A program made the translations under genes and the position numbers. From Octopus sinensis (taxonomy: Eukaryota), in the NCBI RefSeq assembly GCF_006345805.1, contig NC_043008.1, positions 47,430,001-47,494,000 on the forward strand: a stretch of DNA of 64,000 bases, written 5' to 3'. Below are positions 42,422 to 54,390 of this stretch, in pieces. A model generated the notes under the pieces. The model was not told where the DNA came from. It made no database searches and saw only the letters and a list, made by a program, of their open reading frames with translations. Within the stretch, counting starts at the first letter, position 1; each line of letters starts with the position of its first letter.

Positions 42422-42462
42422 GTCTTTGACGTTTCGAGCCTAAGCTCTTCAGCAGAAAAGAC
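42422..42462 (-). ncRNA. minimal hammerhead variant (dimer type)
   Basis: GTCTTT TCTG CTGAAGA GCTTAGGCTC GAAAC GTC AAAGAC. Loop-less palindromic ACGT stem III, GUC triplet, 6-bp stem I with 4-nt bulge, weak stem II. Confidence 0.55.
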
Positions 42463-42562
42463 TGAGAGGAAAAAACGGAGAGAGAACGAAATATGTGTGT
42501 ATATATATATATATATATACATATTTCATTCTCTCTCCGTTATATATATATATATATATATA

Positions 42563-42938
42563 AATTTATATATAGAGGGCATTATACATACATGCCAGAA
42601 GGCATTATACATACATGCCAAACGCTAAGAGGGACAATCAGTCATTTCTACCAAAAATATTACTAATCCCACCGAATGCAATTTTTCAAAGTAAGACATT
42701 TAAAAATATAGACCTGTATCACAGTGATTTCATACTTACGTAATCATCAGCAGGCCTGAATGTAATACATTCAGGCCTGCTGATGATTACGTAAGTATGA
42801 AATGTCTTACTTTGAAAAATTGCATTCGGTGGGATTAGTAATATTTTTGGTAGAAATGACTGATTGTCCCTCTTAGCGTTTGGCATGTATGTATAATGCC
42901 TTCTGGCATGTATGTATAATGCCCTCTATATATAAATT
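42563..42938. repeat. fold-back palindrome (centre 42765) of a PLE pLTR-like segment
   Basis: Arms match base for base except 29 bp (42698-42726) absent from the right arm, bounded by ATTT microhomology. Confidence 0.95.
42710..42757 (-). ncRNA. type I hammerhead ribozyme on the neprilysin pre-mRNA strand
   Basis: AGGCCTG CTGATGA T TAC GTAA GTA T GAA ATCA CTG TGAT A CAGGTCT. 7-bp stem I, intact core, 4-bp stem III, AUA triplet (cut between 42717 and 42716). Confidence 0.8.
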
Positions 42939-43053
42939 AATATGTTCAATAAGAAATAATTATTTTCGAATTTTTTTCTCTTATGAGGTTTTTACGCTAT
43001 CTACCTGACAATTTCTTGTTAAGTTTTCCTTATTAAGTAGTTGTCCTTAATTG

Positions 43054-43091
<38 letters not shown>

Positions 43092-43378
43092 ACAGGCGGT
43101 GAGGCAGGCAGAGAGACAGAGTGCTGGTCGAAGAGTTGAGGAAACATACTTTTGTGTGTTGTGTGTGTGTGTTGTGTGTGTGTGTGTGTGTGCGTGCGTG
43201 TTTAACGAGAACAAGAATAATAAACAACTAAAATTTTTTGATAATTATCGTCTGTGGTTTTGTCTGAAGATCAGATAATGATATTTAATGTTATTGTGAG
43301 AGACAACCTGATATATAATGCATCAGTCAGACAGTATGGAACACAGAATATGTCCCAGTAAACAAAAAAATTACTTAC

Positions 43379-43437
43379 AGATAGAATTGCGTGTTGAGCT
43401 GTAAAATGCATTGACCACGGCTGGTTGTGTAATCCAC
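43379..43437 (-). CDS. M13 peptidase exon: WITQPAVVNAFYSSTRNSI(S); most 5' exon recognised
   Basis: 59 nt, tataaaatAG acceptor, GTAAGT donor. VNAFY substrate-binding motif. Confidence 0.95.
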
Positions 43438-44223
43438 CTATTTTATAAAAAAAATAAAAGCAGAAATTAATTTAGAAGAGATTAATCATAAAAAGAGGAA
43501 GCGAATTTATCAACTGGTGAATGGTAGCAAGTATTATCAAGATAAATGAATCGAAACAGAGCCGTACAAAAGGTGAAATAAGAGGCTGAACACTTTCCTG
43601 TATACAAAGAAATTTGTGTTTTTGCAGAACGGGGTGCCACTGAATGGTAACAAATATCCCAACATCGCCATTACAAACATACATACATACATACATGCAT
43701 AGTTTTGTTAGTAAATGCACAAAGAAGAATCTGGATAAACTGGGATTTTCAGAAAGAGAAATGACCGGCTAATTCGTACATTACGAATGCAATTCGAGAG
43801 TGGAACAGTAAAAATATGCAAGACTTTTCTCAAGTTCCAAATGTGAATTTGTCTTTGTTAACTACATCCCAAAGATAGAGTCTTGTATCTTTGTTGGAAA
43901 CCGGTTCCCTCCTCAGCGGAAGATTTATAATAATCAAACAATAGATGAGATATACATACATATGCGTGTATATCATGTTTCGTTGAGCTCCTTCAGTCTA
44001 ACGTATGCTCTCCACAAAGGCTGATAAATTTTATGATGTTTTGATTTCCAACTCTGTGGATGAAATGCCCGTCTGGACTTCGAACTTTTATAATTTTATA
44101 TTACTTACACTCTTTTTGTTGGCTTCAATGGAATGTCGTATTTATATGTGAGATCTATATGTGCTCTCGTACGTCGTATGCCAAGAGATTCAGATACTTT
44201 TCTTAGTATTGAATCATAATAGT

Positions 44224-44580
44224 GTGGTGGCGCTATAGCCCAGTGGTTAGGGCAGTGGACTCGCGGTCATAGGATCGCGGTTTTCATTCCCAGATCGGGC
44301 GTTGGGAGGCTCCGGCAGGGGATTGTGGCGAACCCTGCTGTAGTCTTTCACCACAACTTCCTCTCACTCTTTCTTCCTGTTTCTGTTGCACCTGTATACC
44401 TGTATTTCAAAAGGCCAGCTTTGTGACACTCTGTGTCACGCTGAATCTCCCCGAGAAATACATTAAGGGAACACGTGTCTGTGGAATCCTCAGCCACTTG
44501 CACGTTAATTTTACCAGCAGGCTATTTGCGGTGGTCGATCAACTGGAAGCCGCGTGATCGTAAACGACGGAGTGTCACGA
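44224..44580 (+). mobile_element. tRNA-derived SINE
   Basis: A-box TAGCCCAGTGG and B-box-like GGTTTTCATTCC; body homologous to 50800-51130. Confidence 0.75.
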
Positions 44581-46984
44581 ATGATGTTTTGTAAATAGAA
44601 CAGCAATAAACCGACGCAACTTCCTCGGAGATTTATTACACTAGATGAAACCTTTGCATGCATTGGTTATCTTCGAGGTCATAATTCGAGATCATCATTT
44701 AGATAGTTGAGTGTGCAATTACTGTTTCCGTTTGTCCGACTGTAAACACACATGTTATCAACATAAAAGGTTTGAGAAATCACAGTTGCATGAATACGGC
44801 AGACAGAAGTGTCTTCTTTAATTACTACAACTTTAATGTGGCGCATCTAAACCTAAGTCTCCTTAATTTCATCTTTAGGTTGACGATGGTTAACGATGAG
44901 ATAAGTTTCTTTATGGGCAGATTATTTGTAGAAATTCTGTCAAACAACGCTTCTAGCAACGATGCGTGGGCAGAAACATCGAATGGAATGTTCTAATTGT
45001 ATGTCACTTCCACAGATTCTTTGCGTGTGACACCACTTCTGACAACACAGTATCTTTGATACAAGCTTGTTCAACATATCCAAAAATACAATTTCTACAG
45101 AATTTACAGCCTGCAGTAACAATTTCAGACAAGTTGCACACAGTTTCCTGTCAGATTCTGACAGAAAAGTCAGAAAAGTGAATTAGGTCTATTCTTTGCT
45201 ATAAGCCTGCTATCTGCAAGTGCCAATCAACACCGTATATTGAATTTGCTTCACGTGGATCTTAGGGATATTGGTTAATAGATGCACATTTTCAAATAAA
45301 TTTCGGTGAACATCGTCTTAAACATTATTAAGTCATAGGTATAAAAACAGGACAATTTTCGGTTATTATTTCGTAGACATTTACAGTGTTTCGTTTAAAA
45401 ATATTTGTCTCTTTCCAGAGATTGTTAAAGTATCTATATTCACATAAATTCATCTCATACTTCGGAAACATTCTCCAACAAAATCATTTAGATATATTTT
45501 GTAATAACACAGAGTCACTATACATATCACCAACACTTTATCAATCTCCAGACAAATACGATCAATACATAAACAAGTCCTTCAACATCGCTGACCGATT
45601 CCAAGAATCACCAACATCACTGATGGTCCAGAAAGTACATTACCTCACAACAAGTGTTGGGTCCTCTTTAGAGTTCAGAAGAAATTCATAACAAATTTCG
45701 ACTCTCATATAAAGAAAGATTCTTCTTCATTCAATCGTATTTTGGCATTGAATATCTTTCTTTTAAGAATTTTCTTCTCATTCTGGAGAATCTGCTTGAT
45801 ATCTTTTCAATTGAAATTCCTGTATTAGCGATTTTACTTCGGATTTTGGTGTTTTCAGATGAGAATTTATATCAAGTCATTTTCTTTGCTTTCCTTACGA
45901 ACGTTTATGGCCCAGGTCAGTCATATTTGAGAAAACTTAGGATCAAAAGCGTTCAATTTGTGACCATCCAGTATTTTATTACAACCACGATTTTTATGAA
46001 GGTTTATTGTAATTTGAGGAAGATTTTGACTGCTATTTTAAACAAGTGTTCTTGTCATTGTTGATTCTGTACGGTGAGCTGATCAACTAAAATTATCCAA
46101 GCAATTAGAATTCAGAAACTTCCTCTACTGATGGTTAAAATCTAAACACAACTAACAATCAGGATTACTCGGACAAAATCATTAGCTTGATAATTTTTGA
46201 CAAAAAAGCCAATGTTGATTGGAACGAATCAGCAATGCAGAGATCGATAGATTTGATCTTGCTGTTGATTAAATATTCTCTACATTCCAACTGAACAAAA
46301 TCCTGGTTATTCGACAGGATCACCATGTCACTTTTTTCTGTAACAGTACATGCTTGATTCACTCTGTTTTTGCACTTTTACGATATCAAAGCGTGATCTC
46401 AGAGTTGGATGTTATTCCTTGCAGATAGAGCAGCCACCTAGATGCCTCCTTCTTATTTCCAATTAAAAAAAGTCGCACAAAGTTACTAATATTATTGAAA
46501 GCATGTACTGTTACAATGAACAGCTCTGATTTCTTTATTGCTAAGTGCAGAACTAATTGTCATGTCAAAGGGTGAAGGCCAGTTGAGCACTTTTACGTCA
46601 CACATACTTTGATGGTGACGTGCTCATAGAACTATGTCTGGTCATGTGTCTCATGTGCGTCGGATTACATCGCTCACTTTCGTAACGCAGAGTTCTTTAG
46701 TTCGGAATTTTGATACGAATATGGTTCCTTATACTTACTTTACATACAGCAAAGTTATAATTTATCATTACAGTCATTTAACTAATTAATTTAATTAGGA
46801 ATAATATTTGCTGCGATTTGCTTTCAAACGCTTCAGTCTAAAGTATCTTTTGACACCATTTTCTATCATTTAATATAAACATGGCAAATAAATTCTTAAC
46901 CCTTGCTTACTGCGTAGCTGGCGTTACTGGTAGTGGTAGTGGTGGTACTGGTGGTGATGGTGGTGATGCTGTTGTCGTTATTGT

Positions 46985-47075
46985 TGGTGGTGAAGGTTGA
47001 GGTGGTGACGGTGGTGGTGAAGGTTGAGGTGGTGACGGTGGTGGTGAAGGTTGAGGTGGTGACGGTGGTGGTGCT
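46985..47075. repeat. 27-bp tandem repeat x3 (GTGGTGAAGGTTGAGGTGGTGACGGTG) in a GGT-rich tract
   Basis: Read directly. Confidence 0.9.
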
Positions 47076-48720
47076 CCTACTGTTGGTGGTTGTAGTTGTT
47101 ACCAATACATGAAGTTCAACTGCGACGCTAGTAATGACAATTCTGCTTGGCGAATTGGAATTCATATGGAGAAAGAATCTACTATCTTGAATCAAATATT
47201 CCTATGAAATTTCTATTCCGACTGATACCTGTTATCGTTATGATATCATTTCCTATCAGATTTTAAACTAAATATTACTTATTGATTTCCGACATAGGCA
47301 TGTAAGATCAGAGTTGAAGTAGAATATAAACCAGAATGAGATTACTTGACATCCATGCTTCTTCTATAGATTATTAATGTCGTAGATGAGGAGAAATGTG
47401 GGTCATATATTTCTTATACCAACAACTTAACCTTTCTCTTCGCCGCTCGCTACAACATCGAGCATTTCGTAACATTTAATCGACCTTTGCATGAAATATA
47501 AAGTTGTGGTTTTTGGTTGTTTATTTGTTTGCCTTTTATGTTTTATTTTTCGATAATATCTATCTTGTATTTAGAAAGCTATGAAGCCACATCGAAAAGT
47601 TCAATAAATACGTCGTCTTGAGATGCTGCTTTTGTAATTTATATACTTTATTCATATCTGTTATATTCATAGCTTATCTTTATATTTTACCTGTATCTTT
47701 GTAACGTTCCTTCAATTACTCAACATTACACAATCGCGATACTCTTCAACATACCACCACAGAAACATTATAGAATCTGTAACTGAGACTGAATCAAATG
47801 TTTTCAGGAATTAAGAGACGTTACTATCAAGTACAAGTCTGCGATAATACAGTAATCTATTTATAAGATCTATAAACTCTAGTTTAAATATATTAAAAGG
47901 GAAATAGAAAGACGTGTGTAAGGTAAATTAAAGATAAGAACTCAAATTAGCGACCAGGTAATAACAAGATGTATGTCCCTTACACCTCGCGAAAACTTTG
48001 CAAAATTAAGGAAATACCAAGATGATATATTTAAAATGTGACAGGAAACAATGGATTACAAACAGAACAAATTTAACCCAACAATGAAATAAAGAAATGA
48101 AAATATTCTATTTCATACGATGTTATTTTCGTCAGAATCTCAGATAACGATTTTAAATGTAAATTTTAAAAAATGCAAAATATAATCTACATCGTATTTG
48201 TCAAAAGGTGCACTGGGGGACAATGGTGCTTGGCACGAAGGCGCCAGGTACGTTGCAAAAATAATTAAATTCTAATTGAAAATGAGAAAAATAGAAACAC
48301 AAAATAAATTAATCTTCTGTTTATCATCAATAGAGTTAAACATAAGGAATAAGCATCATACTCACGATTCCTATTCGTAAATATGTTTCATTTACTGAAC
48401 AAAGATGTACAAACTTAATATTTTCTGCTAGTTTCAATTTTGAGTAGACATACCTATGACCTTTCTAATACATTCTTTTAACTTGATGCACAAAATGTGG
48501 GGAAATATTTTTCTACTTGCTCCAACCATGAGCCACAATTAAGAAGAAAATTGGAAGCAGTGATATAACTAGGCTTCAAGACACTTATATTGAGATTCTA
48601 CAGAATAGAATGGTTAATATAATCAGGCTGTGATTTACCTGAAGCAAGAGGTATTCATTGCATTGCTAAAATCAGTAAAGCTCTACAATATATATATATC
48701 ATATATATATATATACATAC

Positions 48721-48760
<40 letters not shown>

Positions 48761-48764
48761 GCAT

Positions 48765-48828
<64 letters not shown>

Positions 48829-48852
48829 GACACTAATCTTCCATCTTCCATA

Positions 48853-49199
48853 TATCACTGGGATTCCAACATCACCATCAAAATACAGGTCCAGATACTG
48901 CAACAGCTTGGGTTTCGGAGGACCACAGCTCTTTAACATCCTCCCTAAATGCCTGAGAGACTTACATGGTGTGGATGTGGGTTTCTTTAAAACTAAACTG
49001 GATCTCTTCTTGTTGGGAGTCCCAGATGAACCTACCTCACGACAGGAGACACGGATGCGGGCAGCAGCATCGAACTCCCTTGTTGATCAAGTGCCACGTA
49101 TCAGAGGTGGATTCACAAACTAGTGTAGCTCATTCAGCGGTGGTGCCCCAGCATGGCCGCGGCCTTCGGGCTAAAACATTTTTAAGGATTTAAGGATTT
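48853..49199 (+). mobile_element. 3' end of a CR1/L2/Jockey-group LINE
   Basis: NSLGFGGPQLFNILPKCLRDLHGVDVGFFKTKLDLFLLGVPDEP, 3' UTR and (TTTAAGGA)2 tail. Confidence 0.8.
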
Positions 49200-49409
49200 A
49201 TATATACATACGTATATATATATATATATGTACGCATATATATGTATATATATATATATATATATGTACGCATATATATGTATATATTATATATATATAT
49301 ATATATTTATAGACACTAATCTTCCATCTTCCATATATATACATACGTATATATATATATATATGTACGCATATATATGTATATATATATATATATATAT
49401 GTACGCATA

Positions 49410-49446
<37 letters not shown>

Positions 49447-49519
49447 TTATAGACACTAATCTTCCATCTTCCATATATATACATACGTATATATATATAT
49501 ATATATATATGTACGCATA

Positions 49520-49590
<71 letters not shown>

Positions 49591-50799
49591 TATATAGACA
49601 CTAATCTTCCATGTGCTGACTTTCATCTCCAGGCTACTTAAAAAGACATCTCACCAGGAAGAACGGCTAAATTATGTGTGTTACAAGCTTTATTCTACAA
49701 AATAAGCTTTTGCTGAAGAAATCTTTCTAATTATATTTAGATATTAAATCTATGTAGGAAATCCATGAATCCATACTTTGATTCGATTTTTCATGAATAA
49801 ATAAAGAAACCGCAGAAAAGATTAACATTTCCTATGTTCGAAAGAAACATTCGCACCTAAGAATTTCACTTTTTAAATCAGCCAACAGTATTACAGCAAA
49901 CCTAGTTTTATTCTACAGGGTCGATGGCACATATTTGTAGGAGTGTTATGAATAACTTATTCAACATCAGCACTTTGATGCTATTGACACTGGACTGATG
50001 AAAATTATTGAGTCAACTCCGCATGACTCAGAAGATGGAGAAGACACACATGACTGACTATAACAATGAATAAGGCCCGGTTCTACCAATTCTGCTATCG
50101 ACGATTCTTAAACAGAAAACTTAAAGCAAATCTAAACTATAATGAGGGCTCTGTCTGCAAATGCACGTGCGATCTGTTTCTGCGAATAGCGCCTAATTCT
50201 AGACGCACCACCAGACTCTACATTGATAGATGCATTACAATGGTTTCATAGCATCGTTGAATCTCCAAAATGTCTTTGACATTCAAATTGTTCCTCTTGA
50301 ATTCTCATTTGCGAAACTTCCACATGTTCACATTTAGGTTCAAATGTTTGGACCAAGCGAAATGTTTGACTTGTCATTCTTCCCCGTATTTGTCGAAATT
50401 GAAACCGCTTTCGACGCTCCAATTCCTGTGATGACATGTTTACTACGCCTATTACATCCAATTAAATATTTAAAGAAACTGAGAAAATCCACAGAATCCA
50501 GTGGCGACGACAACCTCGTCGACGCCACCAGCATTCGCCTTAAGCAGCAGAACATAACAGCAACAGCACCAACACTATCTCTATCGTCCTCAGTGACTGG
50601 CGTATGGCAGGCAGAGGCTAGCGACATGTTACACGCTAGCGACATTTGTGAGCATCACCGTCACCACCACCGACAAAATATTTAGTACGAAGGCCATGGA
50701 AGAAGGTATCACCTGAAACAACCCAGTTCGCAACACAAGTCGTAACCACCACCACTTTTACGACTACCGCACCCAATGTGATCACAAGCTGCAATAGCA

Positions 50800-51130
50800 G
50801 TGGAGGCGCAATGGCCCAATGGTTAGGGCAGCGGACTCGCGGTCGGAGGATCGCGGTTTCGATTCCCAAATTGGGCGTTGTGTGTGTTTATTGAGCGAAA
50901 ACACCTAAAGCTCCACGAGGCTCCGACAGGGGGTGGTGGCGACCCCTGTTGTACTCTTTTGCTCCAACTTTCTCTCACTCTTTCTTCCTGTTTCTTGTCC
51001 CCGACTTCCTACGCAACCGCTGAGCCTGGATGCGCATTCATCCATCCGTCGATGCTCTCGGTGTCGAGGGTTGACCTGCTTTCTCTTCTGCGGGTTTTAC
51101 GAATAGCAAAGGACCACGTTTCGGACTTCT
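50800..51130 (+). mobile_element. tRNA-derived SINE
   Basis: TGGCCCAATGG A-box and GGTTTCGATTCC B-box; homologous to 44224. Confidence 0.8.
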
Positions 51131-51329
51131 CCCACTCTGGGACGAAGACCGTTCGCTCAACAGCAGCAACAGCAACATCAACAGCTGCAATAGCAACAGT
51201 ATCAACATTAATGATACTCTTAGAAAGAGCTGTGCAAAAGCTGATACTTTCACAGGAAGCAAAAGAAACTCGATGCATGCTAATCTAGATAATATGGAGA
51301 AACAAATAAGAGAAGACTCAACGCGCAAG

Positions 51330-52480
51330 TAGGCAGGAAGACTTTCATAACCTTAACTCCAGATATTATATAAGAGATCGTAAACCGAAAGATATGTTCA
51401 CTGGTCTATAAACTAAACGGCCAATGGGTTGAGGTTGGAATATAACAAACGTCACAGTTATGCCGCCTTATCGGAAATCGATTTGTTCGCCAATATACTG
51501 AAAGAATTTTAAGTTTACAACAGGAAACAACAGGGATATTGGTTAGGCTTGCAACTCAGTGTACGGAGAAGCAAGTTCTCAACTGGCACGAGGAATTGGT
51601 CTATATTTCTATTTCAATAAAAACGTAGAGGCTACTCCCACTCAAAAACAGCCTGAAAGGAATCGATCCCCGAATGATCAAGAAGGGTTAACAAAAGAAT
51701 TGCGTTGCAATTAGACAATTGTGGTGCAGTCCTGGAGTGGATGGTAGAGGGAAAAACAACATTGTTAATGAAAGATCGGTCAAAAGCAATGAGGTTGGCA
51801 ATTACCGACCCGTTGCTTGTTTCACCATCCTATGAAAAGTATTAACAGGTATCCTCGCAGGCAAAATATATAAGTTCCTTGCGGAAAACAATCTGCTAGA
51901 AGTAGAAGAAAAGGGATGCCAAAAAGGATCCAAGGGTACCACGAACCACTTTATGATAGACAAAGTTATAATGAAGGATTGTAAACGGTACCGAAAAAAC
52001 TTGTGCATGGCCTGGATTGACTTTAAAAAGGCTTACCACATGTTGCCGCATTCGTTTATTTTGGAAACACTCGACATGTGTGGAATAGCTGAGAACGTGT
52101 GTGCATTGATTAAGAAGATCATACGTAGTTGGAAAATACGTCTTCCTTGTAACAAGCAGCACTTAGTCGAGGTAACAATGAAAAGAGGTATCTTCCAAGG
52201 AGATTCTTGTTCACCTCTGTTATTTTTCTTATAGCCTTGGTCCCACTTTCTGTAGACCTACGCAACGTCAACGTGCACTGTGTGCTGTGAGAAAGAATGG
52301 ACCTCATCTCAACCACCTTGATTTAAAGTTGTTCGCATAAACAGATCCTGACAGGAAGAGGCTGGTTGAGACTGTGCAAAAGTGCAGCGAGGGTCTAAGG
52401 ATGGAATTCAGTATCTCTAGCTGGCAAGTCTTACTTTGAAGTGGGTGGAAAGAGTAAATTTTAGGGGCATAGAATTGCCA
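51330..52480 (+). mobile_element. R4/Dong-type LINE RT fragment (second, diverged copy)
   Basis: NYRPVACFTILWK-like, MAWIDFKKAYHMLPHS, KRGIFQGDSCSPLLF. Confidence 0.85.
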
Positions 52481-52517
52481 AATGGAAAACCCGAATGATT
52501 ATTTACGTGATTTACAT

Positions 52518-52660
52518 TCTGAGTTCAAATTCCGCTGAGGTCGACTTTGCCTTTAACGCTTTGAGAGTCGATTAATTAAGTACCGGTGAAAGTGTGGGGG
52601 TCGATGTAATCGACTAGTCCCCCCTACCAAATTTCAGGCTTTGTGCCTTTAGTAGAAAGG
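52518..52660 (+). mobile_element. SINE fragment
   Basis: GAGTTCAAATTCCGCTGAGGTCGACTTTGCC...GGGGTCGATGTAATCGACT followed by (ATT)n. Confidence 0.7.
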
Positions 52661-52700
52661 GTTATTATTATTAATATTATAATTATTATTATTATTATTA

Positions 52701-52760
<60 letters not shown>

Positions 52761-53329
52761 CAACATCGTCATATTTATTGTGATGACTGTTGTGGTTATT
52801 TTTGCAAAACTTTTCTTGTAACTTTTGTTTTTAATGTTCTTTCTCTCTCTCGCTTTCTTTTTTTCTCTCTCTCTCTCCCTGTCTTTTTCATGTCTCCCCA
52901 ATCTCTGTCTCTCTTTCACTCTCTCCCTCTCTCTCCCTCTCCCTCTCCTTCTTTCTCTCTCTGCGATTGTGCCGTATTGAACAGCTGCCAGGGAATATAT
53001 ATATAATTTATTTCCACAATAAACGAAAGTAGAAGCAGATGTCTAAATCTGGTGTTTGAAAAAAAAAAAGAAAAAAAAACCTGCCAATTTTCGTAAACAA
53101 ATTTAGATAGTTTCAATTTCGAAAGTAACAACTGACTGATCGATAATATTGTATTTGAAATTTGGTTTAGCATCCGACGTTGCTTGCCGTACACTTATAT
53201 CGTGGTGGGCAGATTTCAGAGCCTGATTAAGGCCAGCTGATGACCCAAGCACACCCAATGAATGTCAGCTCTCTAAAGTTTAACCAATGTTCACATAGAA
53301 TATATATTCGTCCGTCTTAACGTTCTCCG

Positions 53330-53455
53330 TTCAAATTCTGCCGAGGTCGCCTTTGTTTTTCATCATTTCGGGGCCATTGAAATAAGTATTAATTAAGCAC
53401 CGGGGTCAACTTGATCTCTCCGCGAAATTGCTGGCCTCGTGCCAAAAGTCTGAAG
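53330..53455 (+). mobile_element. SINE fragment
   Basis: TTCAAATTCTGCCGAGGTCGCCTTTG...AAATTGCTGGCCT. Confidence 0.65.
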
Positions 53456-54141
53456 CCATTAGATAATACATATTGTTTACATGCGCTTATTTGTGAGAAT
53501 ATAGTGGATAATATGCTTGTTAACTCTTTCATTGTAATTTTACGGACCTGCTTCTATTTACTGTTGGAAGATGTTAGGCACCGGTGAGATGGTGTATATA
53601 AAATCTAATCTGCGTAGAACATCAGTCAGATACCTCTTGCGATTTTAATTTCATTCGATTTGTCTTTTGACACGCGACTTCTTTCGCTCGACTTACACGA
53701 AATGAGCCAAGAAGAATGATGAAAGGAAAAACATCTCATCTTGAGGAAATTGCACTGACAGTTTGTTGCATTCAGATCTTAGCAAGATGTTAAGTGATGT
53801 GATGCTTTGTCATAAAACATGTACATTAAATTCAAAAGTTATTTCAGGATCAACAGACAGAGTACACAGTATTTTGTGTTTCAACTTTGGTAAAGAATAC
53901 TGAAAACACAACAACTTCAATATTTTTGCGTCGTTTATGATTTTCAATTTTGCTTTCTGGTTCTATTTTTCTTGACCGCCATATTAAGGATTCTTTTTAA
54001 AGCAATATTAACTGAAATCGAACAATTTCGAATCACGTGTAGAGGGTTTTCTATCGCATAGCCTCAAAATTCTACAGTTGGCAATAATTCTAGACTTTTT
54101 AAAACTTATTTCAAATCCTGGATGCGTTTAAGTATTTATGT

Positions 54142-54390
54142 GGAGGTGCATGGCTTAGTGGTTAGGGTGTTGACCTCATGATCGTAAGGTTGTGGGTTCG
54201 ATTCCTGGACCGGGCGATGCGTTGTGTTCTTGAGCAAAACACTTCATTTCACGGTTCTCCAGTCCACTCAGCTGGCAAAAATAAGTAATCCTGCGATGGA
54301 ACGACGTCCCGTCCAGCTGGGGAATTTCTACGTCACTGAAACTGGGAAACCGGCCCTTATGAGCCTGGCATGGCTCGAGAAGGAACATTT
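54142..54390 (+). mobile_element. tRNA-derived SINE (different subfamily)
   Basis: TGGCTTAGTGG A-box and GGTTCGATTCC B-box, then TTGTGTTCTTGAGCAAAACACTT body. No full cloverleaf, so not a tRNA gene. Confidence 0.8.

Noticed and set aside
43965-44005. CTGAAGG...GAAACATG hammerhead-like string on the minus strand
   Set aside because: No stem I, no proper stem II and no NUH triplet.
44723-44739. 17-nt minus-strand candidate exon (SDKRKQ) that would join in frame to the WITQP exon
   Set aside because: Too short and too weakly similar to VDKxE; the homologous exon is expected to be about 100 nt.
48366-48394. 29-nt minus-strand segment with strong CAG acceptor and GTGAGT donor
   Set aside because: Wrong phases for the neprilysin frame and no M13 similarity; could only be a cryptic or poison exon.
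54142-54215. tRNA-like A/B boxes here and at 44224 and 50800
   Set aside because: No complete cloverleaf, and they continue into shared SINE bodies, so they are not tRNA genes.
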